Assembly (NCBI RefSeq): GCF_035594765.1
Contig: NC_085842.1
Span: forward strand, 154,269,036 to 154,333,035
Direction: 5' to 3'
Length of the DNA stretch: 64,000 bases
Source: Anolis carolinensis
Taxonomy: Eukaryota
The first letter of the stretch is position 1, and every line of letters begins with the position of its first letter. Positions 1 to 13,001 of the stretch are shown here, one piece after another. Under the pieces are notes generated by a model, which was not told the origin of the DNA, did no database searches, and saw only the letters and a list, made by a program, of their open reading frames with translations. The translations under genes were made by a program, and so were the position numbers.

Positions 1-610
1 CAAGACAAAGATACTTCTGGACAGTCAGAAGGCAGACCAGGGAATAGGGATCCAGTCTCTGCTGAATGGGGTCACACTCTCCCTGAAGACACAGATCTGC
101 AGTTTAAAGGACCTCCTGGACTCCGTGTTGAATCTGGAGGCCCAGGAATCTGTAGTGGCCAGGAGGGCCTTTGCACAATGAAAACTTGTGTGCTGACTGT
201 GCCCGTTCCTTGAGAAGCCAGCTATGGCCACAGTGATACATGACTTTGTTATATCCCATCTGAATTACTGTAACATACTGTATGAGGGGCTGCCTCTAAA
301 GAGTGCTCAGAAACTTCATCTAGTCCAAAGAGCTTCAGACAGGTTGCTCACTAGGGTTGGCTACAGGGATCAGACAACCCTTCTGTTGTAGCAGCTCCAA
401 TGGCTGCCAATCTGTTTCCAGGCATAACACAAAGTGCTAGTTATGACCTTTTAAGCACTAGATAGTTCAGGTCCAGGCTATTTGGTTGACTGCACCCCCT
501 TGTACGAACTTGCCCGGGCCCTGAGATCTTCAGGCGAGGCCCTTCTCTCAGTCCCACATCCATCTCAAACTCAGTATATGGAAATGAGAGAGCAGACCTT
601 CCTTCTTGGT
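1..610 (+). mobile_element. Degenerate L2-clade LINE fragment (3' part of ORF2)
   Basis: Collinear by eye with the L2 ORF at 38322-39593 (DKTE..GV.LPLK, VLLDS, LDYCN.LY.GLPLK, LHWLP segments); contains stops and frameshifts; boundaries approximate. Confidence 0.8.
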
Positions 611-616
611 GTATTG

Positions 617-745
617 GATGATCTTGGGTAAGTCTTACTCTCTCAGCTTTAGGGGAAGGCAAACTCTCTATGAACAAATCTTGCCAAGAAATCTACAGGC
701 TTCTAATAGGTTAGAAACAACTTGAATGTACTCAACAACAAAAAA
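617..745 (+). mobile_element. Old SINE 3' fragment (squamate MIR/Squam-like)
   Basis: Shares 'gatcttgg..aa.tc...ctctcag' and 'aacaaatcttg.caagaa' with 12840-13001; ends in a CAA-rich tail. Confidence 0.45.
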
Positions 746-2500
746 CAGCAACATCAACATTAGTGATAAAAACCTTTATCCTTAGGATATAAACTGTTTT
801 GCCAGTGTCCATTAAATACTAGGTGCTACGTAAAACTTTTCTATCAAGCAGAAAAGGTCCAATATAATTTTCCACTTGCCACTATACACTTCTAAAATTC
901 AACAAACCAATTTTTATAGTATTATTCAATTTAAAAATATTCCTATAGATATTGGGTAATTTATGTATACAGTATGTTTATGTTTTTCAGTATGAACTGC
1001 AAAGAATTGATAAGAAATGTGAATGCTCTGAAGAATATACACATGTGTGTGTCAACATTAGGCAGATTTTCAAACATGATCATGATCTCTAGGTGTTTTT
1101 AATACCATGCATCAGGGACCAAAGCCCTATACCACACCCACCAAACCACATTTTAAGATTCCTCTGCAAAAAAGATTGATTCCTTTGCCTGAAAAAATAT
1201 AATTTAAATAAATTTAAATAAATATGTCAACAATAAGACTAAAACAAAAAATAAGCTAGACAATGGAATAAAATATAAAAGTATATAAAATATATTATTT
1301 TTATACAACAAAAGTCTCCAATATCTCTTTCAGGCAAAGAGCTTCATTGTGTTGATTGACTGTCTGAGAGATTTAGTCCCAACACTCAAAGTGCCACTGA
1401 CATTCAGAAAAACATTTCTATTAGGGGTGTTTATAATGAGCAGAGTGTTGCTCCTGCCTGAAACTCATGCCCCCTTCATTTCCTCTAATTTGATATAATA
1501 TAAATAAACACTCTGTGACTCCTGGAGGCAACTGCAAAGCTCTGGATTGCTGATCATGTGTTCTAAATAAAGTACCTCCTGGAAGTCCCAAATGCCCCAG
1601 CCCTTTGGGCTAAGGAAGGTAATTGTCAGTTGCCAGGGAGAGGTCAAAGGGAGCAAGTGGGCTTTTTCCTGTATTTGTCTAGGAGAATAAACATAAGAAT
1701 GGGAATGCTCCACTAGGATCAACAGCAAGGTTTTTAACAAGCCAGCAGCATGTATGAAAGAGATATTTCTGATCTTAGTTCAAGAAGAATGAAAGCATAT
1801 GAAGATAAGTGAGTGAGCTTCAACAGTGTGCTGTTAGGTTAGATCATCAGAAGACAGATGAAGAAACCTGACAAATATGCCATCAAGAGAGTTGGGAAAG
1901 GACTGAGATACTGAAGAAAACTTCATTTCAGTCTTCACTGCAGAAGATGTCAGATTCATCATGCCTGAAATGTTTTGTTCAGGAGGATATCTGAATCAGG
2001 AAAGGGTGAGGGTGGGGGTAACAATGTAACAAATGATCCAGAAACAGTGAGTTGAAAATTGCTGCAGATGACTAGATTCCAGGCATTAAGAGATGCATGG
2101 GAAAATATAGCCAGGGCTGGCAAAGAGATTAGGAGTTTTTAATATCTGTATTTGTTTTCAATAGCTTTATCATGTCTTTTGATACCAAATAGATCAGCAT
2201 AACCTCTGCATATTATTTTACTTTGGGGATTATTGCTACTAGAAAAATTGCTAACTGCACACCAAGCTTTGTTGTAACTGAGGGTCACTCAGTTCAGATT
2301 TGTAAAATAACATTAATTGTACTTTAATGGCATAACATAATGTTTTTTCTATATCAGTAAAGAGGTTTTTTCTCTTCATATTTTCATTGAGTATGTCTCA
2401 AACATTTCAGTGATAACTAACAGAGTAATTAATTAAACAAATAATTCAGTTTTCTTCTTTGTGGTACCTCTTACCAGCTTTTTGCTGTGAATGATCTTTA

Positions 2501-2615
2501 GGCCCCATCTACACTGACAGAAAAAAATCCAGATTATCTGCTTTGGCAGTGTGGACTAATATAATCCAGTTCAAATCATATAATCTGGATTTTATCTGGC
2601 AGTGTAGATGAAGCC
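2501..2615. mobile_element. PIF/Harbinger-type palindromic MITE
   Basis: Termini GGCCCCATCTACACTG / CAGTGTAGATGAAGCC, internal palindrome, TTA duplicated on both sides (2498-2500, 2616-2618). Confidence 0.75.
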
Positions 2616-2911
2616 TTAGTCAATTTGATACAAGAGTGAAAGTGAATAAGTGAATTTTCTGTAGATAGGTTGATCCTCACAATTGTTCCTTATTGGTAAG
2701 GTCCCCAATTTTCACAGCAGAAATCCTTTCTTGTTTTATATACAAGAACAAGAAATGGCTGTATTTCTTTCCCCATGTACACAGTTTTTCTTTGTTGGAC
2801 AATGTAAATTTGTGGATTTCACAGAAACTATCCATTGGTGACTTGTTGCATGGACTCTTTAAAGATGTGGTTATATTTTCTTGGGACAATCAACCATCTT
2901 TTTTGTTTATT

Positions 2912-3538
2912 CGGGCTGTCCCCAAGTTACAAACATCCAACTTACAAACAATTCATAGTTATGAATGATCCTCTTTCCTCTCTCCCTGCCATGAAATCTT
3001 AGTGCTGAGCTAAAGTGCGTCTGTATTTCTCCACCCCCTTTTTCCTTTTCTTCCTCTCAATCTCTCCAAACTCCTTTTCCCTTTTCTTCCTGTCTCAGTT
3101 TCTCCAAACCCCTTTCCCTTTTTTTTCTATAGGTCTCTTCGAGCTCCTTTTCTCTTTTCTTCTTATACATATTTCTCCAAAATCCCTCATGTCTGACACC
3201 ATTCCCAGGATCCCATAGCAATGAACCAGGGAAGTGAAAGTGGTGTCAATCTGCTTTCATTCCACAGCATAACTACACCCCAAGGATGCTGGGGCAGCAT
3301 AAACAGAAGAGGCTCCTGGAGGGAAGGTTTATCTATTTCTAAGGTTTTACTTTCCATTGCTTGGAAGCTTTGGGTTTTTTTTTAAAGGGTTTATAATCAC
3401 ACAGGAATGATAATGTGCACCTTATATGGCCAGATTACAAAAAGTGCACTTTTTCTGGAATTGTTCTGACTTACAAAAAAATTCAGCTTAAAAATGGACC
3501 TGCAGACCCTATCTTGTTTGTAACTTGGGGGCTGCCTG
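2912..3538. mobile_element. Non-autonomous Tc1/mariner-pogo (Tigger-like) DNA transposon
   Basis: TIRs CGGGCTGTCCCCAAGTTACAAACA and TGTTTGTAACTTGGGGGCTGCCTG followed by TA; related left end at 10242. Confidence 0.7.
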
Positions 3539-3540
3539 TA

Positions 3541-3542
<2 letters not shown>

Positions 3543-3579
<37 letters not shown>
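3543..3579. repeat. (CT)n microsatellite
   Basis: Direct reading. Confidence 0.95.
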
Positions 3580-3581
<2 letters not shown>

Positions 3582-3640
3582 GTATAATCTCTCTCTCAAT
3601 CTCTGTGTACGACTATAGCTTCACAAAGGGAAAAGAAATA

Positions 3641-3838
3641 TGAGGGTGGGTCAAAAAGCTTTGCCTCCTGTGTCATAAAAATGTTATGAATGAACATATA
3701 ACAGCAGAAGTTGCTACAGATCACAGCCCGACATAGCCTCTACACAAATCTACCATTCAACATAGTCACCATCAATGTGTACACATTTGTACCATCGTTT
3801 AACCCAGGCATCAAAACCATTTTGGAAAAAGAATGTTG
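3641..3838 (-). mobile_element. Mariner transposon 3' end fragment
   Basis: Minus strand translates FFQNGFDAWVKRWYKCVHIDGDYVE, the typical mariner transposase C-terminus; terminus TA|TGAGGG resembles a mariner TIR. Confidence 0.7.
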
Positions 3839-3849
3839 TTCTGCCTTTC

Positions 3850-4806
3850 TTATTTTCCTTCTATCCCTTTTTCTTTTGCATTTCTCATCCTTTTCTTCCA
3901 GGCTGAGTGCTGCATGAAATACCCCCTCATTACTGCCTTCCCTGCATCCCAGAGCGTTTGTGTAGTGATATCTGGGGTCGAATTTAGGTCGAAATACTCC
4001 ATCAATAGAGTTCTGAATTTTGTGATGTCCTCTTCCTTTTTGAGTAGATTGTCCTCTAGTCTCCATCTTTGAGTTTTCTTCTTCTGATTTATTATTAACT
4101 CTATTGGGCAGTGGTCAGAGATTGTTCTGGCTAGAATTTTTATTGATTTTACTTTAGATGTTAAAGATCTCGATGTCCATGCCATGTCTATTCTAGACCA
4201 GCTTTTTTGTCTAGCTGAATAGAAGGTATAATCCCTTTCTTCTTCATGGTGCACTCTCCAGGTGTCCTGGAGGTCAAATTCTTTCTGAATATTTTTCAAC
4301 ACCTGTGGTAGATTTCCCGATTTACTTTCTTCTTTCGTCTTTTTATTTTGTGTTCTGTCGTACCTTCTATCTGCCACAGCATTAAAGTCACCTAGAATCA
4401 TTAAGTTATCAAATTCTTGTTTCATTAGATGTTCTATGAGTTCTCTGGCAAAATTTGATTTTGAGTTGTTAGGTGCGTAAATGCTACATATCAATAGTTT
4501 TGTGTTTTGAATGTCTAATAAAACCCCTACCATTCTGCCCTCTTTATCTTTAAACGCGAGTTTAGAGGATAGTCCCTCCTTTATATAAATTGCTACCCCT
4601 CTCTTTTTTTTATTTCGCAGAAGAAAAATATTGCCTCCAATCTCGGGTTGGTTTAGGTATTTCCCGTGCTTTTGTGAGATATGTGATTCTTGAATAGCCA
4701 CCACATCATAATTTCCTTTTTTAATTTCATTGAATACTTTATTTCTTTTATTTGGTGAGTTTATCCCATTTACATTATTTGAGAAACATTTAAGTACCCT
4801 ATCCAT
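3850..4806 (-). pseudogene. L1 ORF2 N-terminal apurinic-like endonuclease domain, truncated
   Basis: Motifs NVNG, QESH, IYAPN, GDFN, SRID, SDH, then WRL and LWDAGKAVMRG typical of L1 ORF2; the frame ends before the RT domain. Confidence 0.9.
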
Positions 4807-4867
4807 GTTGTGTTTTAGTGGTCGGCATAGTCTTTCTTCTCTGTGATATTTTTGGTTGGTGCTTCTT

Positions 4868-5734
4868 TCACTGTTGGTAATTGTTCCAGCTCCATTTCAG
4901 GTTCGGAATGTGTCTTTTCCAGAGATTCCGTTTTTTTCTTTTTTTCTTTTCCTTATGGCCTATATCCGGGTCTTTTCCTTTCCCCCCGTCTTGGATTAGT
5001 CTTCTTAGAAATTCGTTTGCTATTTCTTCTGTATTAATTGTCCATCTTTGCTCTTTGTAGAAGATTGTTAACCCTTCCACTTTTTCCCACCTATATCTGA
5101 TTTGACATTTCCTTAATTCCTTTGTTAAGTTTGCGTATTTTTTCCTTTTTTCTAGAACTGTGTAAGGAAGTTCCTTTAGAATCGCTATTCTTCTTTCTTT
5201 GTAAATAATTGGTTTCTCGTAGCTTCTTCTCAGTATTTCATCTCTAGTAGTCATCTTCACAAATCTTACAATGGTGTCTCTCGGTACATTGAATCTTCTT
5301 GCATATCTTGTGTTTATTCTGTACGTTCTATCTAGGCCATCTTCTGCCTCTTGTTGTGTACATTCTAATATCTGGGCAATTATTTCTGAAGTTATTTGTC
5401 TTATATCTTCATTTCTTTCTTCTATGATGTTTCGGAATCTGAGCTGGAATTCTAATTCCTTTGTTTCCATTCTGTCTTGCCTTTGTTCTAACTGATCGTT
5501 CTTAACTTTTATGCTTTCGACCTTTGACTCTGTTTGTTCTAAGTTGCTCTTCATTTCGGTTCTCAGCTCCATTTTTTCTTGTCTCAACTCTTTGATCTCT
5601 TGTTGGATATTGTGAATTTCCCTTTTCATTGTACCTAACTCTTGTTGCATATCATTCTTAAAATCCAGAAGTTGCTCTTGCGAATTTTTTTGGTACATGC
5701 TTTGCGTTTCCTGCATCTTCTGGAGTTCTCTCAT
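4868..5734 (-). CDS. L1 ORF1p-like protein (coiled coil plus RRM/CTD)
   Basis: 288-aa ORF with an N-terminal heptad/charged coiled coil, then LRFRNI, LDRTYRI, PRDTIVRF, RKKY..L motifs; lies directly upstream of ORF2. Confidence 0.8.
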   Translation of the reverse strand: MRELQKMQETQSMYQKNSQEQLLDFKNDMQQELGTMKREIHNIQQEIKELRQEKMELRTEMKSNLEQTESKVESIKVKNDQLEQRQDRMETKELEFQLRFRNIIEERNEDIRQITSEIIAQILECTQQEAEDGLDRTYRINTRYARRFNVPRDTIVRFVKMTTRDEILRRSYEKPIIYKERRIAILKELPYTVLEKRKKYANLTKELRKCQIRYRWEKVEGLTIFYKEQRWTINTEEIANEFLRRLIQDGGKGKDPDIGHKEKKKRKKRNLWKRHIPNLKWSWNNYQQ

Positions 5735-6162
5735 GATGTCTCTGAGGCTTATTTGTTCTGAGAGCGAGGACCTTCATTAGGGTCTCTGTCCATTTTTCTA
5801 TTTGGTCTCCCTAAGATATTATTTAATAGATTTTTCATTCAGAGAGACTTATGATCCCTTGCTTAGTTAATAAACTGGGGGATATAAGGTGGAAGAGAAA
5901 ATACAATTAATAATTAAATTTAATGTTTACTTTGAGATTTGATATTGGAAATCAATATTTGAGAGTTGATTTAGTTCCTTTAACAGTTCGACGTGCTTGA
6001 ATTTTTTGTTCAATTCTCATAAAAGTAAAACAAAACAAAACAAAAACCCTTGATCCTGTCTTAACTCTTATTTTGATTCTCACTTTACTCTTTAGCTCCA
6101 ATTCTCTTATTGCCCATTATCTTGTATATTGAAGAGAACTTCCTCTTTCCTTTTTCCTTTTC

Positions 6163-6336
6163 NNNNNNNNNNNNNNNNNNNNNNNNNNNNNNNNNNNNNN
6201 NNNNNNNNNNNNNNNNNNNNNNNNNNNNNNNNNNNNNNNNNNNNNNNNNNNNNNNNNNNNNNNNNNNNNNNNNNNNNNNNNNNNNNNNNNNNNNNNNNNN
6301 NNNNNNNNNNNNNNNNNNNNNNNNNNNNNNNNNNNN
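6163..6336. other. Assembly gap (N run)
   Basis: 174 N. Confidence 0.99.
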
Positions 6337-6488
6337 NTCCCTTCTTTCCTTCTACTTTCTTCCCCTTTATTTTCTTTCTTTTACTTCCCCTATCCTTCTT
6401 CCTCTTTCCCTTCCCTTTCCCTTCTCCCTCTTTTCCTTTTTATTGTTTTTATTGTTTTGGATTTAATTTGTAAATTTGTATTTTTTTT

Positions 6489-6528
<40 letters not shown>

Positions 6529-7710
6529 TCTTGATTTAACCTGTCTTCTACTTGCTGAAGACTTCTATTTTTTCCCTTGTGGTCCTTATATTATTGTGTA
6601 TTTATATATTCTACTTTACAGATCTTATATATATATATGTGTGTGTGTGTGTGTTGCAAAGTGAAGCTACTTTGATGTCTTTTAGCACCTTTGATGTTCT
6701 ATTTTGTTTGTATGGTCTCTTTAACAGTGCCGCTCATGCGGGTTTTTTTTTGGGGGGGGGGTGTTCCCTGATTCTCTTAGAGACTCTCTCTTTCTTCCGT
6801 AGTGATGGTCTCACGGAACTTGTGAGTCTCTTGCGTTATGCGGCGCTATTTGGGGAGGTCTCTGTCAGGTCTCTCCTCTCTCCTCTCGCGAGAAAAGCCT
6901 TGGGAAGCCTGGCTCTCGCCGGGTTCCCGGCTCTTTTTCTTTTCCAGTCCTGAGAGTGGCCTCGAGTCTGGCCTTGGGGAGTACCTTCTGCTTGCTTTGC
7001 TTTTTTTGTGTGTGTGTGTTCCCTCTTATCGGGAACGGAGGCGTCTTCAAGGTCAGAATTTCTTATTTTATATTAGTGCCGCGCCATTCCCCCCCCCCCC
7101 CAACCCGTCTTCAGGCAATTTTTTTTCCCCCTGGCAGCGCCTTGTCTTAATCCTGCTCTTTACTGAGAGTATCAGGGTATCAATGTTCTCTGGTTTTCAC
7201 TCCCAACTATTTGGGTTAGAGATAAGGTCCGGGGATAGATTATTTTCTTTCGGAAGTTTCTTTCGGAAGAGTTCCCATAGTTTGCCAAAATGAGGAGGAG
7301 GGATGGACGTTTGTCTCTTAGGGGAAAAAGAATAAGGAAGCGAAGATTCTTACCGCTGCCACGATTCTTCTTTCGGATCCCCCATTCTTCCCTTCTCTCT
7401 TCAGTGAACGGTCCTGTTATATCTTAAAATGTGTTGAGCGGCTGGAGATGGGGCCTGGATTGGCCAGGTTCACCTTCCTGCGATCCGCCGTACCCTTTTG
7501 GCACCTTGTCCGGACCTTTGTAGGTGCCCCCCCTTGAGGAGGGGGCCCCTTTTTAGGCTGTCGGATGGCGCCCTGGGTTTCGCTTTCTCCCCGCTGTGTC
7601 GATGCGGGGAGAGGGAGCTTTCTGCTCTACCCAATCGCTTCAGAAAGGTCAATCCGCTAGCAGCTCCTAGCGGACCCGACTCTCCACCATTGGCTCAAAC
7701 CGGAAGTCCA

Positions 7711-8672
7711 CCCCATGTTATTTATTTACATGAAGCTGCTGGGAGAGATCATCAGGAGTGTCGGAGTGCGGCAAACAAATTGAAATTGAATCCAGACTAG
7801 GCAGAGGTCTTCCTGGTCAGTCACAAAGCTGATCAGGGTATAAGGTTACAGCCTGTGCTGGATGGGGTTGCACTCCCCCTAAAGGCGCAGGTGAGCAGCT
7901 TGGGGGCCAGTTGCGCCCATACCTTGGGACCTGACTTGGCCACGGTGCTCCATGCTCTTGTTACATCCTGAATAGTATACTGCAACGAACTCTACAAGGG
8001 GTTGCCTTTGAAGACTGTTCAGAAGCTCCAACTAGTCAAACGGGTGGCAGACAGGCCGCCAACCGGAGTGGCATACAGAAAGCACACCATGTACACCACT
8101 CCTCTGTTGCGTCAGCTCCACTGGCTGCCGATCGGCTTCTGAGCACAATTCAAAGTGCTGGCTTTAGCCTATAGAGCGCTAAATGGTTCCGGCCCAGCTT
8201 ACTTGTCCGAATGTATCTCCCACTATGATCCACCTCATAGTTTAAGATCTTCGGGGAGGCCCTGCTCTCGATCCTACCAGCCTCGCAAGCGTGGCTGGTG
8301 GGGATAAGAGACAGGGCCTTTTCAGTGGTGGCCTCCAGCCTGTGGAATGCTCTCCCTAATGAGATCAGGCAGGCTCCATCTATCTTGTCTTTTCACAAAA
8401 AACTGAAAACTTGGCTGCGGGACCAGGCTTTTGAGCGATAGATGCACCATCAACTACAATGAACTCTTGATAAACATGGATTGTGACTTGGAATTTGCCT
8501 CTGAATGTATATTTATATGGATGTTTAACTTAATCAATTTTAATTGTTATTATTGTTTAATGTAATTGTAATTGTTTTATACACTTGTTTTATACTTGGT
8601 TGTAGGCTGCCCTGAGTCCCCCCTAGGGGTGAGAAGGGCGGGATAGAAATGTTGTAATAAGTAAATAAATAA
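7711..8672 (+). mobile_element. L2-clade LINE 3' fragment, degenerate, with 3' tail
   Basis: Begins in the PMLF..YMK.LGEII segment and is collinear with 38322-39593; ends CCCTGAGTCCCCCTAGGGGTGAGAAGGGCGGGAT and TAAA-rich repeats. Confidence 0.85.
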
Positions 8673-10241
8673 CCCCAGCAAACTTAACCTAACTACCTAC
8701 TTGTTAGGTTTCTAACAAGTGGCTAGTTAGTCACTTCAGGTTTCTGGCCCTATATTCCTAAATGGACCAGAAGTTACTCCTGGATGTTAAACAATGTCCA
8801 GGTGCTTCTGGTCATTAATATACATTACATGGAGTTGATCCAGTTTAACCCCACAATAAGCAAAGTTGGATTATGCTCTGCATTTTGGGGATGAATGTGA
8901 ATCGCCTGGGGATGCATCGCCTTTTCCCTGTACTCAATTGTGAAAGGAAATTGAATGAGCCCTTTTCTACTCCCCAGTCAATGCAGGAAACCTAGGTGTC
9001 CTCCTGGAGTTCTCTGTCTCTGAGCATCCAGCAGTAGTGACAAGGACAGCAAAGTAAGGAATCTGTCCTGATGGACATAGAGAATATAATCATCCCTGGG
9101 AAAAGTCTTTGCTACTCTGGACTAGCCACAGATTTTAGTTTAGATGAGTCCCAAGTGTTATTCTAATCTACAAATGTTATTGAGAAACAATGGCATTCAT
9201 ACTGAGATGAGGATAGGACCAGCTGGTAGGATACATACAAATTTGTAGTGATAAAAGGTAAGGAGAAACTGCACCCACTGCTTTTCCAGTCAAGTGTCCC
9301 AGTGCACTCCTTTACCATGCCTTGTCAGAGTGGAGCTTTGGTGACAACATTTAGGCCACAATTCTTCCTGCATGCAGGTACCTGGGACTGAGCTCCATTG
9401 AACTCATCAAAGCTCATGTCAGAGTAAATATACATAGGTTTATGCTGTTATTCTTGGAAAAACCTCCAGATAAACTTGAAAAGCATAAATGCCATTCGGG
9501 TTACCAGCTGACATTACTACTTCATGGTTATTAGGTACTGTATAATCTGTTTTGCTTTTTTGGCAAATGAGGCATTTGGAAAAACGATAGCCCTCTGAAT
9601 CTTCCAAATTCAGAATTTAAAGCCTCCTTTTAGCTACTTTGCTGAAGGATAACTTTTATAACAGAAAGATCATTCTCTCAGTAGGTCACCTTAATGTATC
9701 CTTTTACATCAGCATTCCCCTCAGTTTTCGTATTAGTTACATGATTTCCTGTATCTGACCTCCATTATTTCCCTTGTTGATATGTGGTTAGTGTAATATA
9801 TTCTAATGAAGTGTAGGTAAAAAGGAATCATTAACTTGATCTGGGATATAATGAGCCAATAGTTATCTCCTCGGGAAGCCGATCAGGTAACAAGGAATTC
9901 TAGCTGATTGGTAGGCTGTTTAACTTAGCTTTGGCCATTATAAACAGAACCTATGCAAATCATGAAATCTTTCAGTCTGTGTGTCCCAAATGGTCTAAAA
10001 GAAAGCAATGCAGTAGATAATAATTTGCTAACAGATGTCACACTGGATACAGCAATCTCTTCTTAAAAGCCATTATTATTCTTGGGAAAGTTTTACACCC
10101 TGGTGCTCCACAGACTTAAGTCCTTCCAAGAAAACTGAAATACTATAAGCCCACAGATTTGCATGTGCTTGCCAGAGCAACAAGCCAAGGAGAAGGGGAT
10201 GAATTACTTTTAAGGCAAAGCAACTACTCCTTAGGGAAACA

Positions 10242-10610
10242 CAGGCAATCCTTAAGTTACAAACATCCAACTTACAAATGACTCATAGTTAAGAACGGGG
10301 GTGAGACAACAGGAAGTGGGAGAAATCTACCCCTAGGTAGGGAAATTCACTCCTGAAATAGTTATTATGGAGAAAAGGTGTCTCCACTAAAACTTTATCA
10401 TCAAACCTTGTTCCCATGACAAGTCAAATGATTCAAAATCCAGTTCTCACAGAAAGTGAGGTGAAATCTTCTGAACATGGGCACAGAAGAAACAAACGCC
10501 ACAGAGATGTTAACCCTTCCCTATGGTATCCAAAGCTTTTATATATTTGGCTGGTGTTATACTTAAAAATGTACCTGTACTGACTTATATACAATGTACC
10601 TGTTCTGACT
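10242..10610. mobile_element. Truncated copy of the Tigger-like non-autonomous transposon
   Basis: Left end CAGGCAATCCTTAAGTTACAAACATCCAACTTACAAA matches the end at 2912; right TIR missing. Confidence 0.6.
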
Positions 10611-11959
10611 TTGGAACATTTCCACCCATTGCTTATATTTCAAGACCTTTATTCTGTTGATTTTGAGATTTTTTTTTAATTTTTAAAGGTTGTTTGCACA
10701 TTATTTTTATTAGTGTTGTTGCTTCTGATAGAATAAGGCAAAAACATGAAAACAACAACAAAAAGAAATATATTAGTTAAAAAGTAACATTTTCTGCATA
10801 AATAAAAAGGAATAAATGCATTTCCTTATTCCTATTATTCTCTCTACAACTCTGTGATGCAGGATGGACAGCAAGAAAATAACATTCACAAGGACTCCTG
10901 GTGAGGTCCATGACCAAATGATTATTTGAGCTTTATAGGTACCGTAATTTAAAAGTACACTCAGACACAGTTTACCTATAGCCTAAATGAAACTGAGTTT
11001 TCTACTGTCTGTTTTGACTTCTCTCTCCTGCCTCTCCACCTGTGATCTTTCTGGAACATCAGCCTATACCTTTGCTGCACAAAACAGAAATATGAAAGGG
11101 GATTTTATTTTGTTTCAAATTCCAATTCATTTTCACTGGAAATATTCAGGAAGAAAGGAAAGCACTTTAATTTTCCCCCATTTTGGAAAATGTGTGCACA
11201 AAGATACTGCATGTAACTTGCCTAATGTCACTTAGTGAGTTTTCAGGATTTTGTCCACTGCCTTCCAGAATCCTAGTATTGTATAAAATCCAAAATACTA
11301 CACTGTGCTAGTATTTGGTTCTCATTGCAGACTATATTCAAATTTTACAGAAAATTACTGTAAGGGTTCCTAATAGCTTTAACCAAAATACTATTTTTCC
11401 TCACGTCTTTTCTCCCAGTGCCATCTTAGACCTACTGGCTACTTTTTAGGAGTGGTTTCATTATTCTTAGTAATGGCTAAACTCAGATAGACAAATAAAT
11501 CAAGACTTGTCTATTGCCTGACTCCAAGTCTGACTTAGAACTTTCCATGGGCCAATATTTGTATGGGTTTTTTTTTGTTTTATCATAATTTAATGATTTC
11601 TTGAATATTTGCCCATTTTACTAGTAAATACAGAATCTGTCACAAGTAAAACCACATTAAATAAATTTATGTAAAAGTACTTGACATAACTTCTCTATAT
11701 AATGAAGCTTTTATTTTGCTTAAGTCACTGAATTATTTTTGCAATGTTTCAATAGACAATTGAGGGGCATCCAGTTAGCAGTTTCCTGCAATTTTATGTT
11801 CCCCTTGAGCATCAAAGCATTAAAAACTGTCTTTTTAAAAAAGAAAATGGACTCTTAGTTTGAACAAATTTACATTCTTACCTGGTGAAAGAATTATATA
11901 CAACTAAGTGTGTGAACATGAAAGGGCCTGCATACACATTGTTGGTTAAAACTGTTGGT

Positions 11960-12022
11960 TATAAGCCACCTTGTGTCCCTTTGGGTGAGAAAGGCAGGGT
12001 AGAAATGAAGTAAATAAATAAA
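11960..12022 (+). mobile_element. L2-type 3' tail fragment
   Basis: AAGCCACCTTGTGTCCCTTTGGGTGAGAAAGGCAGGGTAGAAAT followed by TAAA repeats. Confidence 0.55.
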
Positions 12023-12024
12023 CT

Positions 12025-12440
12025 GCCATGAGGTCAAGGTCAATTTATGAATGAGAGACCTTGAAGTCATGTTATCTCCAACTACCCTGCTCAGGTCTTA
12101 CAGAACCTGGACCCTGGGCCATACTTACTTTGACTGAGTCTCATTCCTTTCTATATTTTCCTTCTACCTTGCTTAGCATTATTGTTTTTTTCTAGAGAGT
12201 ATTGTCTTCACACAATAGCCAAAGTATGATATCCTCAGTTTAGTCATCCTGGCTTCTAGAAAGAATTCAGATTTTATTCACTTGAGGATCCATTCAATTG
12301 TCTTTTTGGCAGCCCACAGTAACAGTGGAACTCTTCTCCAGAACCACATTCCAAATCAGTCAAAAACTTCTATTAGCTTTCTTCATTGTCCAGCTTTCAC
12401 AACCATATATAAAAATAGGAAATATCAAGGCATCGAGAAC
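12025..12440 (-). mobile_element. Old RTE-clade LINE 3' fragment
   Basis: Degenerate similarity to the RTE at 40778-41447 (TTCATTGTCCAGCTTTCACAACCATA and an LEA.M.KL.L.YFG-encoding segment). Confidence 0.5.
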
Positions 12441-12839
12441 TTCTAACCGGAAGAGTGCACTGAGCATACCGTGTCATATACTACAATGTATATATTTATA
12501 TTCCATCGTTTTCATATATCTGAAGTGAATGAAAACTCAGAAAAAAACTAGTTTAATTCAGCAGAAACATGGCTGGATATCCATTTAAGAGCTAGAACCT
12601 CAGAGCCCTCTGATTCAGTGAAGTGGTTTTAATTTTTTCCCATATTCAGTTCTTTGGAGGAAAATTTTAACTCTTCTTTGATGACTTTAGGAATAGAACA
12701 TTGGTTTAATAAGTGCCTACTAAGGAGACCTCCTGTAGTCTTGAGGTACATGAGATATTTTTATATATGAAGGATAGAAATATTCTGAAAACAACCATAC
12801 AAACAACCAGAAGTGAAAACATTGGGTAAATCAACGTGC

Positions 12840-13001
12840 CAGTGTAGCATGGTGGTTTGAGCATTGGACTACAACTATGGAGACCAGAATATGAAACCCC
12901 ACCTGATCATGGAAACCCACTGGGTGATCTTGGAAAAATCACAAACTCTCAGTCTCAGAGGAAGGCTAAGGCAACCCTCTCCAAACAAATCTTGTCAAGA
13001 A
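12840..13001 (+). mobile_element. Old tRNA-derived SINE (MIR/Squam-like), 5' part
   Basis: A-box-like GTGGTTTGAGCATTGGAC, core TGGGTGATCTTGG..AATCAC..CTCTCAG; matches 617-745. Confidence 0.5.

Larger units (their letters stand above)
3839..7709 (-). mobile_element. L1-clade LINE, 5' half only (long 5'UTR, ORF1, endonuclease part of ORF2), 3'-truncated
   Basis: CpG-rich 5' end starting GGACTTCCGG on the minus strand, ORF1, then ORF2 APE domain; no RT domain or poly(A) tail. Confidence 0.85.

Noticed and set aside
6110-6473. ORFs spanning N runs (also 37083-37289)
   Set aside because: Artefacts of assembly gaps.
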